NCBI GenBank assembly: GCA_964016885.1
Contig: OZ024757.1
Coordinates: 2,852,001-2,916,000, forward strand
From: Eledone cirrhosa
Taxonomy: Eukaryota
Direction of reading: 5' to 3'
Length of the DNA stretch: 64,000 nt
A program made the translations under genes and the position numbers. The notes under the pieces were generated by a model. That model saw only the letters and a program-made list of their open reading frames with translations. It ran no database searches and had not been told where the DNA came from. Numbering within the stretch: position 1 is the stretch's first letter; every line of letters starts with the position of its first letter. Below, one piece after another: positions 12,201-25,939 of this stretch.

Positions 12201-14585
12201 GTATCAGAGCTGTGATCTCTCAATTCAGAAATTCTTTCCTGAAATATTCTAACCACATATCGGTAGTATCAGAGCTGTTATCTCTCAATGCAGAGATTCT
12301 TTCCTGAGACATTCTAACCACATGTCTAAAGTATCAGAGCTGTGATCTCTCAATTCAGAGATTCTTTCCTGAGACATTCAAACCACATGTCTGTAGTATC
12401 AGAGGTGTGATCTCTCAATTCAAAGATTCTTTCCTGAGACATTCTAACTACATGTCTGTAGTATCAGAGCTGTGATCTGTCAATTCAGAGATTCTTTCCA
12501 GAGACATTCTAACCACATGACCATAGTATCAGAGCTGTGATCTCTCAATTCAGAGATTCTTTCCAGAGACATTCTAACCACATGTCTACAGTATCAGAGA
12601 TGTGATCTCTCCATTCAGAGATTCTTTCCTGAGACATTCTAACCACATGTCTGTAGTATCAGAGCTGTGATATCTCAATTCAGAGATTCTTTCCTGACAC
12701 ATTCTAACCACACGTCTATACTATCAGAGCTTTGATCTCTCAATTCAAAGATTCTTTCCAGAGATATTCTTACCACATGTCTGTAGTATCAGAGCTGTGA
12801 TCTCTCAATTCAGAGATTCTTTCCTGAGACATTCTAGCCACATGTCTAAAGTATCAGAGCTGTGATCTCTCAATTCAGAGATTCTTTCCTGAGTGATTCT
12901 AACCACATGTCAGTAGTATCAGAGGTGTGATCTCTCAATTCAGAGATTCTTTCCTGAGACATTCTTACCACATGTCTACAGTATCAGAGATGTGATCTCT
13001 CCATTCAGAGATTCTTTCGTGAGACATTCTAACCACATTTCTGTAGTATCTGAGCTGTGATCTCTCAATTAAGAGATTCTTTCCTGAGACATTCTAACCA
13101 CATGGCTGTAGTATCAGAGCTGTGATCTCTCAATTCAAAGATTCTTTCCTAATATAATTCTAACCACATATCTATAGTATCAGAGCTGTGATCTCTCAAT
13201 TCAAAGATTCTTTCGAGAGATATTCTTACCACATGTTTGTAGTATCAGAGCTGTGATCTCTCAATTCAGAGATTCTTTCCTGAGACATTCTAACCACATG
13301 TCTGTAGTATCAGAGCTGTGATCTCTCAATTCAGAGATTCTTTCCTGAGTGATTCTATCCACATGTCTGTAGTATCAGAGGTGTGATTTCTCAATTCAGA
13401 GATTCTTTCCTGAGACATTCTAACCAGATGTCTATAGTTTCAGAGCTTTGATCTCTCAATTCAGAGATTCTTTCCTGAGACATTCTAACCACATGTCTAT
13501 AGCATCAGAGCTGTGATCTCTCAATTCAGAGATTCTTTCCTGAGACATTCTAACCACATGGCTGTAGTATCAGAGCTGTGATCTCTCAATTCAAAGATTC
13601 ATTCCTGAGATAATTCTAACCTCATATCTATAGTATCAGAGCTGTGATCTCTCAATTCAGAAATTCTTTCCTGAGACATTCTAACCACATATCGGTAGTA
13701 TCAGAGCTGTGATCTCTCAATGCAGAGATTCTTTCCTGACACATTCTAACCACATGTCTATAGTATCAGAGCTGTGATCTCTCAAATCAGAGATTCTTTC
13801 CTGAGGCATTCTAACCACATGTCTAAAGTATATGAGCTGTGATCTCTCAATTCAGAGATTCTTTCCTGAGACATTCAAACCACATGTCTATAGTATCAGA
13901 GCTGTGATCTCTCAATTCAGAGATTCTTTCCTGAGACATTCAAACCACATGTCTATAGTATCAGAGCTGTGATCTCTCAATTCAAAGATTCTTTCCTGAG
14001 ACATTCTAACTACACATCTGTAGTATCAGAGCTGTAATCTCTCAATTCATAGATTCTTTCCAGAGACATTCTAACCACATGACCATAGTATCAGAGCTGT
14101 AATCTCTCAATTCAGAGATTCTTTCCAGAGACATTCTAACCACATGTCTATAGTATCAGCGCTGTGATCTCTCCATTGAGAGATTCTTTCCTGAGACATT
14201 CTAACCACATGGCTGTAGTATCAGAGCTGTGATCTCTCAATTCAAAGATTCTTTCCTGAGATAATTCTAACCACATATCTATAGTATCAGAGCTGTGATC
14301 TCTCAATTCAAAGACTCTTTCCAGTGATATTCTTACCACATGTCTGTAGTATCAGAGCTGTGATCTCTCAATTCAGAGATTCTTTCCTGAGACATTCTAA
14401 CCACATGTCTGTAGTATCAGAGCTGTGATCTCTCAATTCAGAGATTCTTTCCTGAGACATTCTAGCCACATGTCTATAGTATCAGAACTGTGATCTCTCA
14501 ATTCAGAGATTCTTTCCTGAGTGATTCTAACCACATGTCAGTAGTATCAGAGCTGTGATCTCTCAATTCAGAGATTCTTTCCTGA
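218..14585. repeat. Near-identical ~7.0 kb duplication (about 218-7228 and 7575-14585, offset 7357 bp = 113 monomers)
   Basis: Landmark ORFs at 1323/4253/6791 recur at 8680/11610/14148 (all +7357). Rare variants are shared at the same offset, e.g. atcacagctg at 2437/9794 and gtatatgag near 6471/13828. The match breaks at 7229 vs 14586. Confidence 0.9.
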
Positions 14586-17500
14586 AACATTCTAACTACA
14601 TGTCTGTAGTATCAGAGCTGTGATCCCTCAATTTAGAGATTCTTTCCTGAGACATTCTAACCACATATCTGTAGTATCAGAGCTGTGATCTCTCAATTCA
14701 GAGTTTCTTTCCTGAGACATTCTAAGCACATGGCTGTAGTATCAGAGCTGTGATCTCTCAATTCAGAAATTCTTTCCTGAAATATTCTAACCACATATCG
14801 GTAGTATCAGAGCTGTGATCTCTCAATGCAGAGATTCTTTCCTGAGACATTCTAACCACATGTCTAAAGTATCAGAGCTGTGATCTCTCAATTCAGAGAT
14901 TCTTTCCTGAGACATTCAAACCACATGTCTGTAGTATCAGAGGTGTGATCTCTCAATTCAAAGATTCTTTCCTGAGACATTCTAACTACATGTCTGTAGT
15001 ATCAGAGCTGTGATCTGTCAATTCAGAGATTCTTTCCAGAGACATTCTAACCACATGACCATAGTATCAGAGCTGTGATCTCTCAATTCAGAGATTCTTT
15101 CCAGAGACATTCTAACCACATGTCTACAGTATCAGAGATGTGATCTCTCCATTCAGAGATTCTTTCCTGAGACATTCTAACCACATGTCTGTAGTATCAG
15201 AGCTGTGATATCTCAATTCAGAGATTCTTTCCTGACACATTCTAACCACACGTCTATACTATCAGAGCTTTGATCTCTCAATTCAAAGATTCTTTCCAGA
15301 GATATTCTTACCACATGTCTGTAGTATCAGAGCTGTGATCTCTCAATTCAGAGATTCTTTCCTGAGACATTCTAGCCACATGTCTAAAGTATCAGAGCTG
15401 TGATCTCTCAATTCAGAGATTCTTTCCTGAGTGATTCTAACCACATGTCAGTAGTATCAGAGGTGTGATCTCTCAATTCAGAGATTCTTTCCTGAGACAT
15501 TCTAACCACATGTCTACAGTATCAGAGATGTGATCTCTCCATTCAGAGATTCTTTCGTGAGACATTCTAACCACATTTCTGTAGTATCTGAGCTGTGATC
15601 TCTCAATTAAGAGATTCTTTCCTGAGACATTCTAACCACATGGCTGTAGTATCAGAGCTGTGATCTCTCAATTCAAAGATTCTTTCGAGAGATATTCTTA
15701 CCACATGTTTGTAGTTTCAGAGCTGTGATCTCTCAATTCAGAGATTCTTTCCTGAGACATTCTAACCACATGTCTGTAGTATCAGAGCTGTGATCTCTCA
15801 ATTCAGAGATTCTTTCCAGAGACATTCTAGCCACATGTCTATAGTATCAGAGCTGTGATCTCTCAATTCAGAGATTCTTTCCTGAGTGATTCTATCCACA
15901 TGTCTGTAGTATCAGAGGTGTGATTTCTCAATTCAGAGATTCTTTCCTGAGACATTCTAACCAGATGTCTATAGTTTCAGAGCTTTGATCTCTCAATTCA
16001 GAGATTCTTTCCTGAGACATTCTAACCACATGTCTATAGCATCAGAGCTGTGATCTCTCAATTCAGAGATTCTTTCCTGAGACATTCTAACCACATGGCT
16101 GTAGTATCAGAGCTGTGATCTCTCAATTCAAAGATTCATTCCTGAGATAATTCTAACCCCATATCTATAGTATCAGAGCTGTGATCTCTCAATTCAGAGA
16201 TTCTTTCCTGACACATTCTAACCACACGTCTATACTATCAGAGCTTTGATCTCTCAATTCAAAGATTCTTTCCAGAGATATTCTTACCACATGTCTGTAG
16301 TATCAGAGCTGTGATCTCTCAATGCAGAGATTCTTTCCTGACACATTCTAACCACATGTCTATAGTATCAGAGCTGTGATCTCTCAATTCAGAGATTCTT
16401 TCATGAGATATTCTAAACACATGACAATAGTAACAGAGCTGTGATCTTTCAATTCAGAGATTCCTTCCAGAGACACACTAACCACATGTTTGTAGTATCA
16501 GAGCTGTGATCTCTCAATTCAGAGTTTCTTTCCTGAGACATTCTAAGCACATGTCTATAGTATCAGAGCTGAGATCTCTCAATTCAGAGATTATTTCCTG
16601 AGACATTCTAACTACATGTCTGTAGTATCAGAGCTGTGATCTCTCAATTTAGAGATTCTTTTCTGAGACATTCTAACCACATATCTGTAGTATCAGAGCT
16701 GTGAACTCTCAATTCAGAGTTTCTTTCCTGAGACATTCTAGTCACATGTCTATAGTATCAGAGCTGTGATCTCTCAATTCAGAGATTATTTCCTGAGACA
16801 TTCTAACTACATGTCTGTAGTATCTGAGCTGTGATCTCTCAATTTAGAGATTCTTTCCTGAGACATTCTAACCACATATCTGTAGTATCGGAGCTGTGAT
16901 CTCTCAATTCAGAGTTTCCTTCCTGAGACATTCTAAGCACATGTCTATAGCATCAGAGCTGTGATCTCTAAATTCAGAAATTCTATCCTGAGATATTCTA
17001 ACCACATATCGGTAGTATCAGAGCTGTGATCTCTCAATTCAGAGATTCTTTCCTGAGACATTCAAACCACATGTCTGTAGTATCAGAGGTGTGATCTCTC
17101 AATTCAAAGATTATTTCCTGAGACATTCTAACCTAATGACAATAGTATCAGAGCTGTGATCTCTCAATTCAGAGATTCTTTCCAGAGACATTCTAACCAC
17201 ATGACCATAGTATCAGAGCTGTGATCTCTCAATTCAGAGATTCTTTCCAGAGACATTCTAACCCAATGTCTATAGTATCAGAGATGTGATCTCCCCATTC
17301 AGAGATTCTTTCCTGAGACATTCTAACCACATGTCTGTAGTATCAGAGCTGTGATCTCTCAATTCAGAGATTCTTTCCTGAGACATTCTAACCACATGTC
17401 TATAGTGTCAGAGCTGTGATCTCTCAATTCAGAGATTCTTTCCTGAGACATTCTAATCACATGGCTGTAGTATCAGAGCTGTGATCTCTCAATTCAGAGA

Positions 17501-20500
17501 CTCTTTCCTGAGGCATTCTAACCACATGTCTAAAGTGTCAGAGCTGTGATCTCTCAATTCAGAGATTCTTTCCTGAGACATTCAAACCACATGTCTGTAG
17601 TATCAGAGGTGTGATCTCTCAATTCAAAGATTCTTTCCTGAGACATTCTAACTACATGTCTGTAGTATCAGAGCTGTAATCTCTCAATTCATAGATTCTT
17701 TGCAGAGACATTCTAACCCCATGACCATAGTATCAGAGCTGTGATCTCTCAATTCAGAGGTTCTTTCCAGAGACGTTCTAACCACATGTCTATAGTATCA
17801 GAGCTGTGATCTCTCCATTGAGAGATTCTTTCCTGAGACATTCTAACCACATGGCTGTAGTATCAGAGCTGTGATCTCTCAATTCAAAGATTCTTTCCTG
17901 AGATAATTCTAACCACATATCTATAGTATCAGAGCTGTGATCTCTCAATTCAAAGACTCTTTCCAGAGATATTCTTACCACATGTCTGTAGTATCAGAGC
18001 TGTGATCTCTCAATTCAGAGATTCTTTCCTGAGACATTCTAACCACATGTCTGTAGTATCAGAGCTGTGATCTCTCAATTCAAAGATTCATTCCTGAGAT
18101 AATTCTAACCCCATATCTATAGTATCAGAGCTGTGATCTCTCAATTCAGAAATTCTTTCCTGAGACATTCTAACCACATATCGGTAGTATCAGAGCTGTG
18201 TTCTCTCAATGCAGAGATTCTTTCCTGACACATTCTAACCACATGTCTATAGTATCAGAGCTGTCATCTCTCAAATCAGAGATTCTTTCCTGAGGCATTC
18301 TAACCACATGTCTAAAGTGTCAGAGCTGTGATCTCTCAATTCAGAGATTCTTTCCTGAGACATTCAAACCACATGTCTGTAGTATCAGAGGTGTGATCTC
18401 TCAATTCAAAGATTCTTTCCTGAGACATTCTAACTACATGTCTGTAGTATCAGAGCTGTAATCTCTCAATTCATAGATTCTTTGCAGAGACATTCTAACC
18501 CCATGACCATAGTATCAGAGCTGTGATCTCTCAATTCAGAGGTTCTTTCCAGAGACGTTCTAACCACATGTCTATAGTATCAGAGCTGTGATCTCTCCAT
18601 TGAGAGATTCTTTCCTGAGACATTCTAACCACATGGCTGTAGTATCAGAGCTGTGATCTCTCAATTCAAAGATTCTTTCCTGAGATAATTCTAACCACAT
18701 ATCTATAGTATCAGAGCTGTGATCTCTCAATTCAAAGACTCTTTCCAGAGATATTCTTACCACATGTCTGTAGTATCAGAGCTGTGATCTCTCAATTCAG
18801 AGATTCTTTCCTGAGACATTCTAACCACATGTCTGTAGTATCAGAGCTGTGATCTCTCAATTCAGAGATTCTTTCATGAGACATTCTAGCCACATGTCTA
18901 TAGTATCAGAACTGTGATCTCTCAATTCAGAGATTCTTTCCTGAGTGATTCTAACCACATGTCAGTAGTATCAGAGCTGTGATCTCTCAATTCAGAGATT
19001 CTTTCCTGAAACATTCTAACTACATGTCTGTAGTATCAGAGCTGTGATCCCTCAATTTAGAGATTCTTTCCTGAGACATTCTAACCACATATCTGTAGTA
19101 TCAGAGCTGTGATCTCTCAATTCAGAGTTTCTTTCCTGAGACATTCTAAGCACATGGCTGTAGTATCAGAGCTGTGATCTCTCAATTCAGAAATTCTTTC
19201 CTGAAATATTCTAACCACATATCGGTAGTATCAGAGCTGTGATCTCTCAATGCAGAGATTCTTTCCTGAGACATTCTAACCACATGTCTAAAGTATCAGA
19301 GCTGTGATCTCTCAATTCAGAGATTCTTTCCTGAGACATTCAAACCACATGTCTGTAGTATCAGAGGTGTGATCTCTCAATTCAAAGATTCTTTCCTGAG
19401 ACATTCTAACTACATGTCTGTAGTATCAGAGCTGTGATCTGTCAATTCAGAGATTCTTTCCAGAGACATTCTAACCACATGACCATAGTATCAGAGCTGT
19501 GATCTCTCAATTCAGAGATTCTTTCCAGAGACATTCTAACCACATGTCTACAGTATCAGAGATGTGATCTCTCCATTCAGAGATTCTTTCCTGAGACATT
19601 CTAACCACATGTCTGTAGTATCAGAGCTGTGATATCTCAATTCAGAGATTCTTTCCTGACACATTCTAACCACACGTCTATACTATCAGAGCTTTGATCT
19701 CTCAATTCAAAGATTCTTTCCAGAGATATTCTTACCACATGTCTATAGTATCAGAGCTGTGATCTCTCAAATCAGAGATTCTTTCCTGAGGCATTCTAAC
19801 CACATGTCTAAAGTATCAGAGCTGTGATCTCTCAATTCAGAGATTCTTTCCTGAGACATTCAAACCACATGTCTATAGTATCAGAGCTGTGATCTCTCAA
19901 TTCAGAGATTCTTTCCTGAGACATTCAAACCACATGTCTATAGTATCAGAGCTGTGATCTCTCAATTCAAAGATTCTTTCCTGAGACATTCTAACTACAC
20001 ATCTGTAGTATCAGAGCTGTAATCTCTCAATTCATAGATTCTTTCCAGAGACATTCTAACCACATGACCATAGTATCAGAGCTGTAATCTCTCAATTCAG
20101 AGATTCTTTCCAGAGACATTCTAACCACATGTCTATAGTATCAGCGCTGTGATCTCTCCATTGAGAGATTCTTTCCTGAGACATTCTAACCACATGGCTG
20201 TAGTATCAGAGCTGTGATCTCTCAATTCAAAGATTCTTTCCTGAGATAATTCTAACCACATATCTATAGTATCAGAGCTGTGATCTCTCAATTCAAAGAC
20301 TCTTTCCAGTGATATTCTTACCACATGTCTGTAGTATCAGAGCTGTGATCTCTCACTTCAGAGATTCTTTCCTGAGACATTCTAACCACATGTCTGTAGT
20401 ATCAGAGCTGTGATCTCTCAATTCAGAGATTCTTTCCTGAGACATTCTAGCCACATGTCTATAGTATCAGAACTGTGATCTCTCAATTCAGAGATTCTTT

Positions 20501-23500
20501 CCTGAGTGATTCTAACCACATGTCAGTAGTATCAGAGCTGTGATCTCTCAATTCAGAGATTCTTTCCTGAAACATTCTAACTACATGTCTGTAGTATCAG
20601 AGCTGTGATCCCTCAATTTAGAGATTCTTTCCTGAGACATTCTAACCACATATCTGTAGTATCAGAGCTGTGATCTCTCAATTCAGAGTTTCTTTCCTGA
20701 GACATTCTAAGCACATGGCTGTAGTATCAGAGCTGTGATCTCTCAATTCAGAAATTCTTTCCTGAAATATTCTAACCACATATCGGTAGTATCAGAGCTG
20801 TGATCTCTCAATGCAGAGATTCTTTCCTGAGACATTCTAACCACATGTCTAAAGTATCAGAGCTGTGATCTCTCAATTCAGAGATTCTTTCCTGAGACAT
20901 TCAAACCACATGTCTGTAGTATCAGAGGTGTGATCTCTCAATTCAAAGATTCTTTCCTGAGACATTCTAACTACATGTCTGTAGTATCAGAGCTGTGATC
21001 TGTCAATTCAGAGATTCTTTCCAGAGACATTCTAACCACATGACCATAGTATCAGAGCTGTGATCTCTCAATTCAGAGATTCTTTCCAGAGACATTCTAA
21101 CCACATGTCTACAGTATCAGAGATGTGATCTCTCCATTCAGAGATTCTTTCCTGAGACATTCTAACCACATGTCTGTAGTATCAGAGCTGTGATATCTCA
21201 ATTCAGAGATTCTTTCCTGACACATTCTAACCACACGTCTATACTATCAGAGCTTTGATCTCTCAATTCAAAGATTCTTTCCAGAGATATTCTTACCACA
21301 TGTCTGTAGTATCAGAGCTGTGATCTCTCAATTCAGAGATTCTTTCCTGAGACATTCTAGCCACATGTCTAAAGTATCAGAGCTGTTATCTCTCAATTCA
21401 GAGATTCTTTCCTGAGTGATTCTAACCACATGTCAGTAGTATCAGAGGTGTGATCTCTCAATTCAGAGATTCTTTCCTGAGACATTCTAACCACATGTCT
21501 ACAGTATCAGAGATGTGATCTCTCCATTCAGAGATTCTTTCGTGAGACATTCTAACCACATTTCTGTAGTATCTGAGCTGTGATCTCTCAATTAAGAGAT
21601 TCTTTCCTGAGACATTCTAACCACATGGCTGTAGTATCAGAGCTGTGATCTCTCAATTCAAAGATTCTTTCGAGAGATATTCTTACCACATGTTTGTAGT
21701 TTCAGAGCTGTGATCTCTCAATTCAGAGATTCTTTCCTGAGACATTCTAACCACATGTCTGTAGTATCAGAGCTGTGATCTCTCAATTCAGAGATTCTTT
21801 CCAGAGACATTCTAGCCACATGTCTATAGTATCAGAGCTGTGATCTCTCAATTCAGAGATTCTTTCCTGAGTGATTCTATCCACATGTCTGTAGTATCAG
21901 AGGTGTGATTTCTCAATTCAGAGATTCTTTCCTGAGACATTCTAACCAGATGTCTATAGTTTCAGAGCTTTGATCTCTCAATTCAGAGATTCTTTCCTGA
22001 GACATTCTAACCACATGTCTATAGCATCAGAGCTGTGATCTCTCAATTCAAAGATTCATTCCTGAGATAATTCTAACCCCATATCTATAGTATCAGAGCT
22101 GTGATCTCTCAATTCAGAGATTCTTTCCTGACACATTCTAACCACACGTCTATACTATCAGAGCTTTGATCTCTCAATTCAAAGATTCTTTCCAGAGATA
22201 TTCTTACCACATGTCTGTAGTATCAGAGGTGTGATTTCTCAATTCAGAGATTCTTTCCTGAGACATTCTAACCAGATGTCTATAGTTTCAGAGCTTTGAT
22301 CTCTCAATTCAGAGATTCTTTCCTGAGACATTCTAACCACATGGCTGTAGTATCAGAGCTGTGATCTCTCAATTCAAAGATTCATTCCTGAGATAATTCT
22401 AACCCCATATCTATAGTATCAGAGCTGTGATCTCTCAATTCAGAGATTCTTTCCTGACACATTCTAACCACACGTCTATACTATCAGAGCTTTGATCTCT
22501 CAATTCAAAGATTCTTTCCAGAGATATTCTTACCACATGTCTGTAGTATCAGAGCTGTGATCTCTCAATGCAGAGATTCTTTCCTGACACATTCTAACCA
22601 CATGTCTATAGTATCAGAGATGTGATCTCTCAATTCAGAGATTCTTTCATGAGATATTCTAAACACATGACAATAGTAACAGAGCTGTGATCTTTCAATT
22701 CAGAGATTCCTTCCAGAGACACACTAACCACATGTTTGTAGTATCAGAGCTGTGATCTCTCAATTCAGAGTTTCTTTCCTGAGACATTCTAAGCACATGT
22801 CTATAGTATCAGAGCTGAGATCTCTCAATTCAGAGATTATTTCCTGAGACATTCTAACTACATGTCTGTAGTATCAGAGCTGTGATCTCTCAATTTAGAG
22901 ATTCTTTTCTGAGACATTCTAACCACATATCTGTAGTATCAGAGCTGTGAACTCTCAATTCAGAGTTTCTTTCCTGAGACATTCTAGTCACATGTCTATA
23001 GTATCAGAGCTGTGATCTCTCAATTCAGAGATTATTTCCTGAGACATTCTAACTACATGTCTGTAGTATCTGAGCTGTGATCTCTCAATTTAGAGATTCT
23101 TTCCTGAGACATTCTAACCACATATCTGTAGTATCGGAGCTGTGATCTCTCAATTCAGAGTTTCCTTCCTGAGACATTCTAAGCACATGTCTATAGCATC
23201 AGAGCTGTGATCTCTAAATTCAGAAATTCTATCCTGAGATATTCTAACCACATATCGGTAGTATCAGAGCTGTGATCTCTCAATTCAGAGATTCTTTCCT
23301 GAGACATTCAAACCACATGTCTGTAGTATCAGAGGTGTGATCTCTCAATTCAAAGATTATTTCCTGAGACATTCTAACCTAATGACAATAGTATCAGAGC
23401 TGTGATCTCTCAATTCAGAGATTCTTTCCAGAGACATTCTAACCACATGACCATAGTATCAGAGCTGTGATCTCTCAATTCAGAGATTCTTTCCAGAGAC

Positions 23501-25939
23501 ATTCTAACCCAATGTCTATAGTATCAGAGATGTGATCTCCCCATTCAGAGATTCTTTCCTGAGACATTCTAACCACATGTCTGTAGTATCAGAGCTGTGA
23601 TCTCTCAATTCAGAGATTCTTTCCTGAGACATTCTAACCACATGTCTATAGTGTCAGAGCTGTGATCTCTCAATTCAGAGATTCTTTCCTGAGACATTCT
23701 AATCACATGGCTGTAGTATCAGAGCTGTGATCTCTCAATTCAGAGACTCTTTCCTGAGGCATTCTAACCACATGTCTAAAGTGTCAGAGCTGTGATCTCT
23801 CAATTCAGAGATTCTTTCCTGAGACATTCAAACCACATGTCTGTAGTATCAGAGGTGTGATCTCTCAATTCAAAGATTCTTTCCTGAGACATTCTAACTA
23901 CATGTCTGTAGTATCAGAGCTGTAATCTCTCAATTCATAGATTCTTTGCAGAGACATTCTAACCCCATGACCATAGTATCAGAGCTGTGATCTCTCAATT
24001 CAGAGGTTCTTTCCAGAGACGTTCTAACCACATGTCTATAGTATCAGAGCTGTGATCTCTCCATTGAGAGATTCTTTCCTGAGACATTCTAACCACATGG
24101 CTGTAGTATCAGAGCTGTGATCTCTCAATTCAAAGATTCTTTCCTGAGATAATTCTAACCACATATCTATAGTATCAGAGCTGTGATCTCTCAATTCAAA
24201 GACTCTTTCCAGAGATATTCTTACCACATGTCTGTAGTATCAGAGCTGTGATCTCTCAATTCAGAGATTCTTTCCTGAGACATTCTAACCACATGTCTGT
24301 AGTATCAGAGCTGTGATCTCTCAATTCAAAGATTCATTCCTGAGATAATTCTAACCCCATATCTATAGTATCAGAGCTGTGATCTCTCAATTCAGAAATT
24401 CTTTCCTGAGACATTCTAACCACATATCGGTAGTATCAGAGCTGTGTTCTCTCAATGCAGAGATTCTTTCCTGACACATTCTAACCACATGTCTATAGTA
24501 TCAGAGCTGTGATCTCTCAAATCAGAGATTCTTTCCTGAGGCATTCTAACCACATGTCTAAAGTGTCAGAGCTGTGATCTCTCAATTCAGAGATTCTTTC
24601 CTGAGACATTCAAACCACATGTCTGTAGTATCAGAGGTGTGATCTCTCAATTCAAAGATTCTTTCCTGAGACATTCTAACTACATGTCTGTAGTATCAGA
24701 GCTGTAATCTCTCAATTCATAGATTCTTTGCAGAGACATTCTAACCCCATGACCATAGTATCAGAGCTGTGATCTCTCAATTCAGAGGTTCTTTCCAGAG
24801 ACGTTCTAACCACATGTCTATAGTATCAGAGCTGTGATCTCTCCATTGAGAGATTCTTTCCTGAGACATTCTAACCACATGGCTGTAGTATCAGAGCTGT
24901 GATCTCTCAATTCAAAGATTCTTTCCTGAGATAATTCTAACCACATATCTATAGTATCAGAGCTGTGATCTCTCAATTCAAAGACTCTTTCCAGAGATAT
25001 TCTTACCACATGTCTGTAGTATCAGAGCTGTGATCTCTCAATTCAGAGATTCTTTCCTGAGACATTCTAACCACATGTCTGTAGTATCAGAGCTGTGATC
25101 TCTCAATTCAGAGATTCTTTCCTGAGACATTCTAGCCACATGTCTATAGCATCAGAACTGTGATCTCTCAATTCAGAGATTCTTTCCTGAGTGATTCTAA
25201 CCACATGTCAGTAGTATCAGAGCTGTGATCTCTCAATTCAGAGATTCTTTCCTGAAACATTCTAACTACATGTCTGTAGTATCAGAGCTGTGATCCCTCA
25301 ATTTAGAGATTCTTTCCTGAGACATTCTGACCACATATCTGTAGTATCAGAGCTGTGATCTCTCAATTCAGAGTTTCTTTCCTGAGACATTCTAAGCACA
25401 TGGCTGTAGTATCAGAGCTGTGATCTCTCAATTCAGAAATTCTTTCCTGAAATATTCTAACCACATATCGGTAGTATCAGAGCTGTGATCTCTCAATGCA
25501 GAGATTCTTTCCTGAGACATTCTAACCACATGTCTAAAGTATCAGAGCTGTGATCTCTCAATTCAGAGATTCTTTCCTGAGACATTCAAACCACATGTCT
25601 GTAGTATCAGAGGTGTGATCTCTCAATTCAAAGATTCTTTCCTGAGACATTCTAACTACATGTCTGTAGTATCAGAGCTGTGATCTGTCAATTCAGAGAT
25701 TCTTTCCAGAGACATTCTAACCACATGACCATAGTATCAGAGCTGTGATCTCTCAATTCAGAGATTCTTTCCAGAGACATTCTAACCACATGTCTACAGT
25801 ATCAGAGATGTGATCTCTCCATTCAGAGATTCTTTCCTGAGACATTCTAACCACATGTCTGTAGTATCAGAGCTGTGATATCTCAATTCAGAGATTCTTT
25901 CCTGACACATTCTAACCACACGTCTATACTATCAGAGCT
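13749..25939. repeat. Tandem ~6 kb duplication (about 13749-19693 and 19734-25939), with a net 261-bp (4-monomer) gain in the second copy
   Basis: The offset is 5985 for the first part (ORF 14148 to 20133; shared ccagtgatat and gtttgtagtttcag variants) and 6246 after about 22300 (ORFs 17790 to 24036 and 18572 to 24818; tcatgagatatt 16401 to 22647). Confidence 0.85.
16400..17310. repeat. Diverged ~14-monomer block (first of 7 copies; the others start near 22647, 37943, 40350, 49398, 53693, 61502)
   Basis: It carries a private set of variants not seen in the standard 40-mer: aaacacatgacaatagtaac, gagacacact, gctgagatc, gattatttc, gtgaactc, ctagtcac, tatcggag, ctaatgacaa, cccaatg, ccccattc. Confidence 0.85.
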
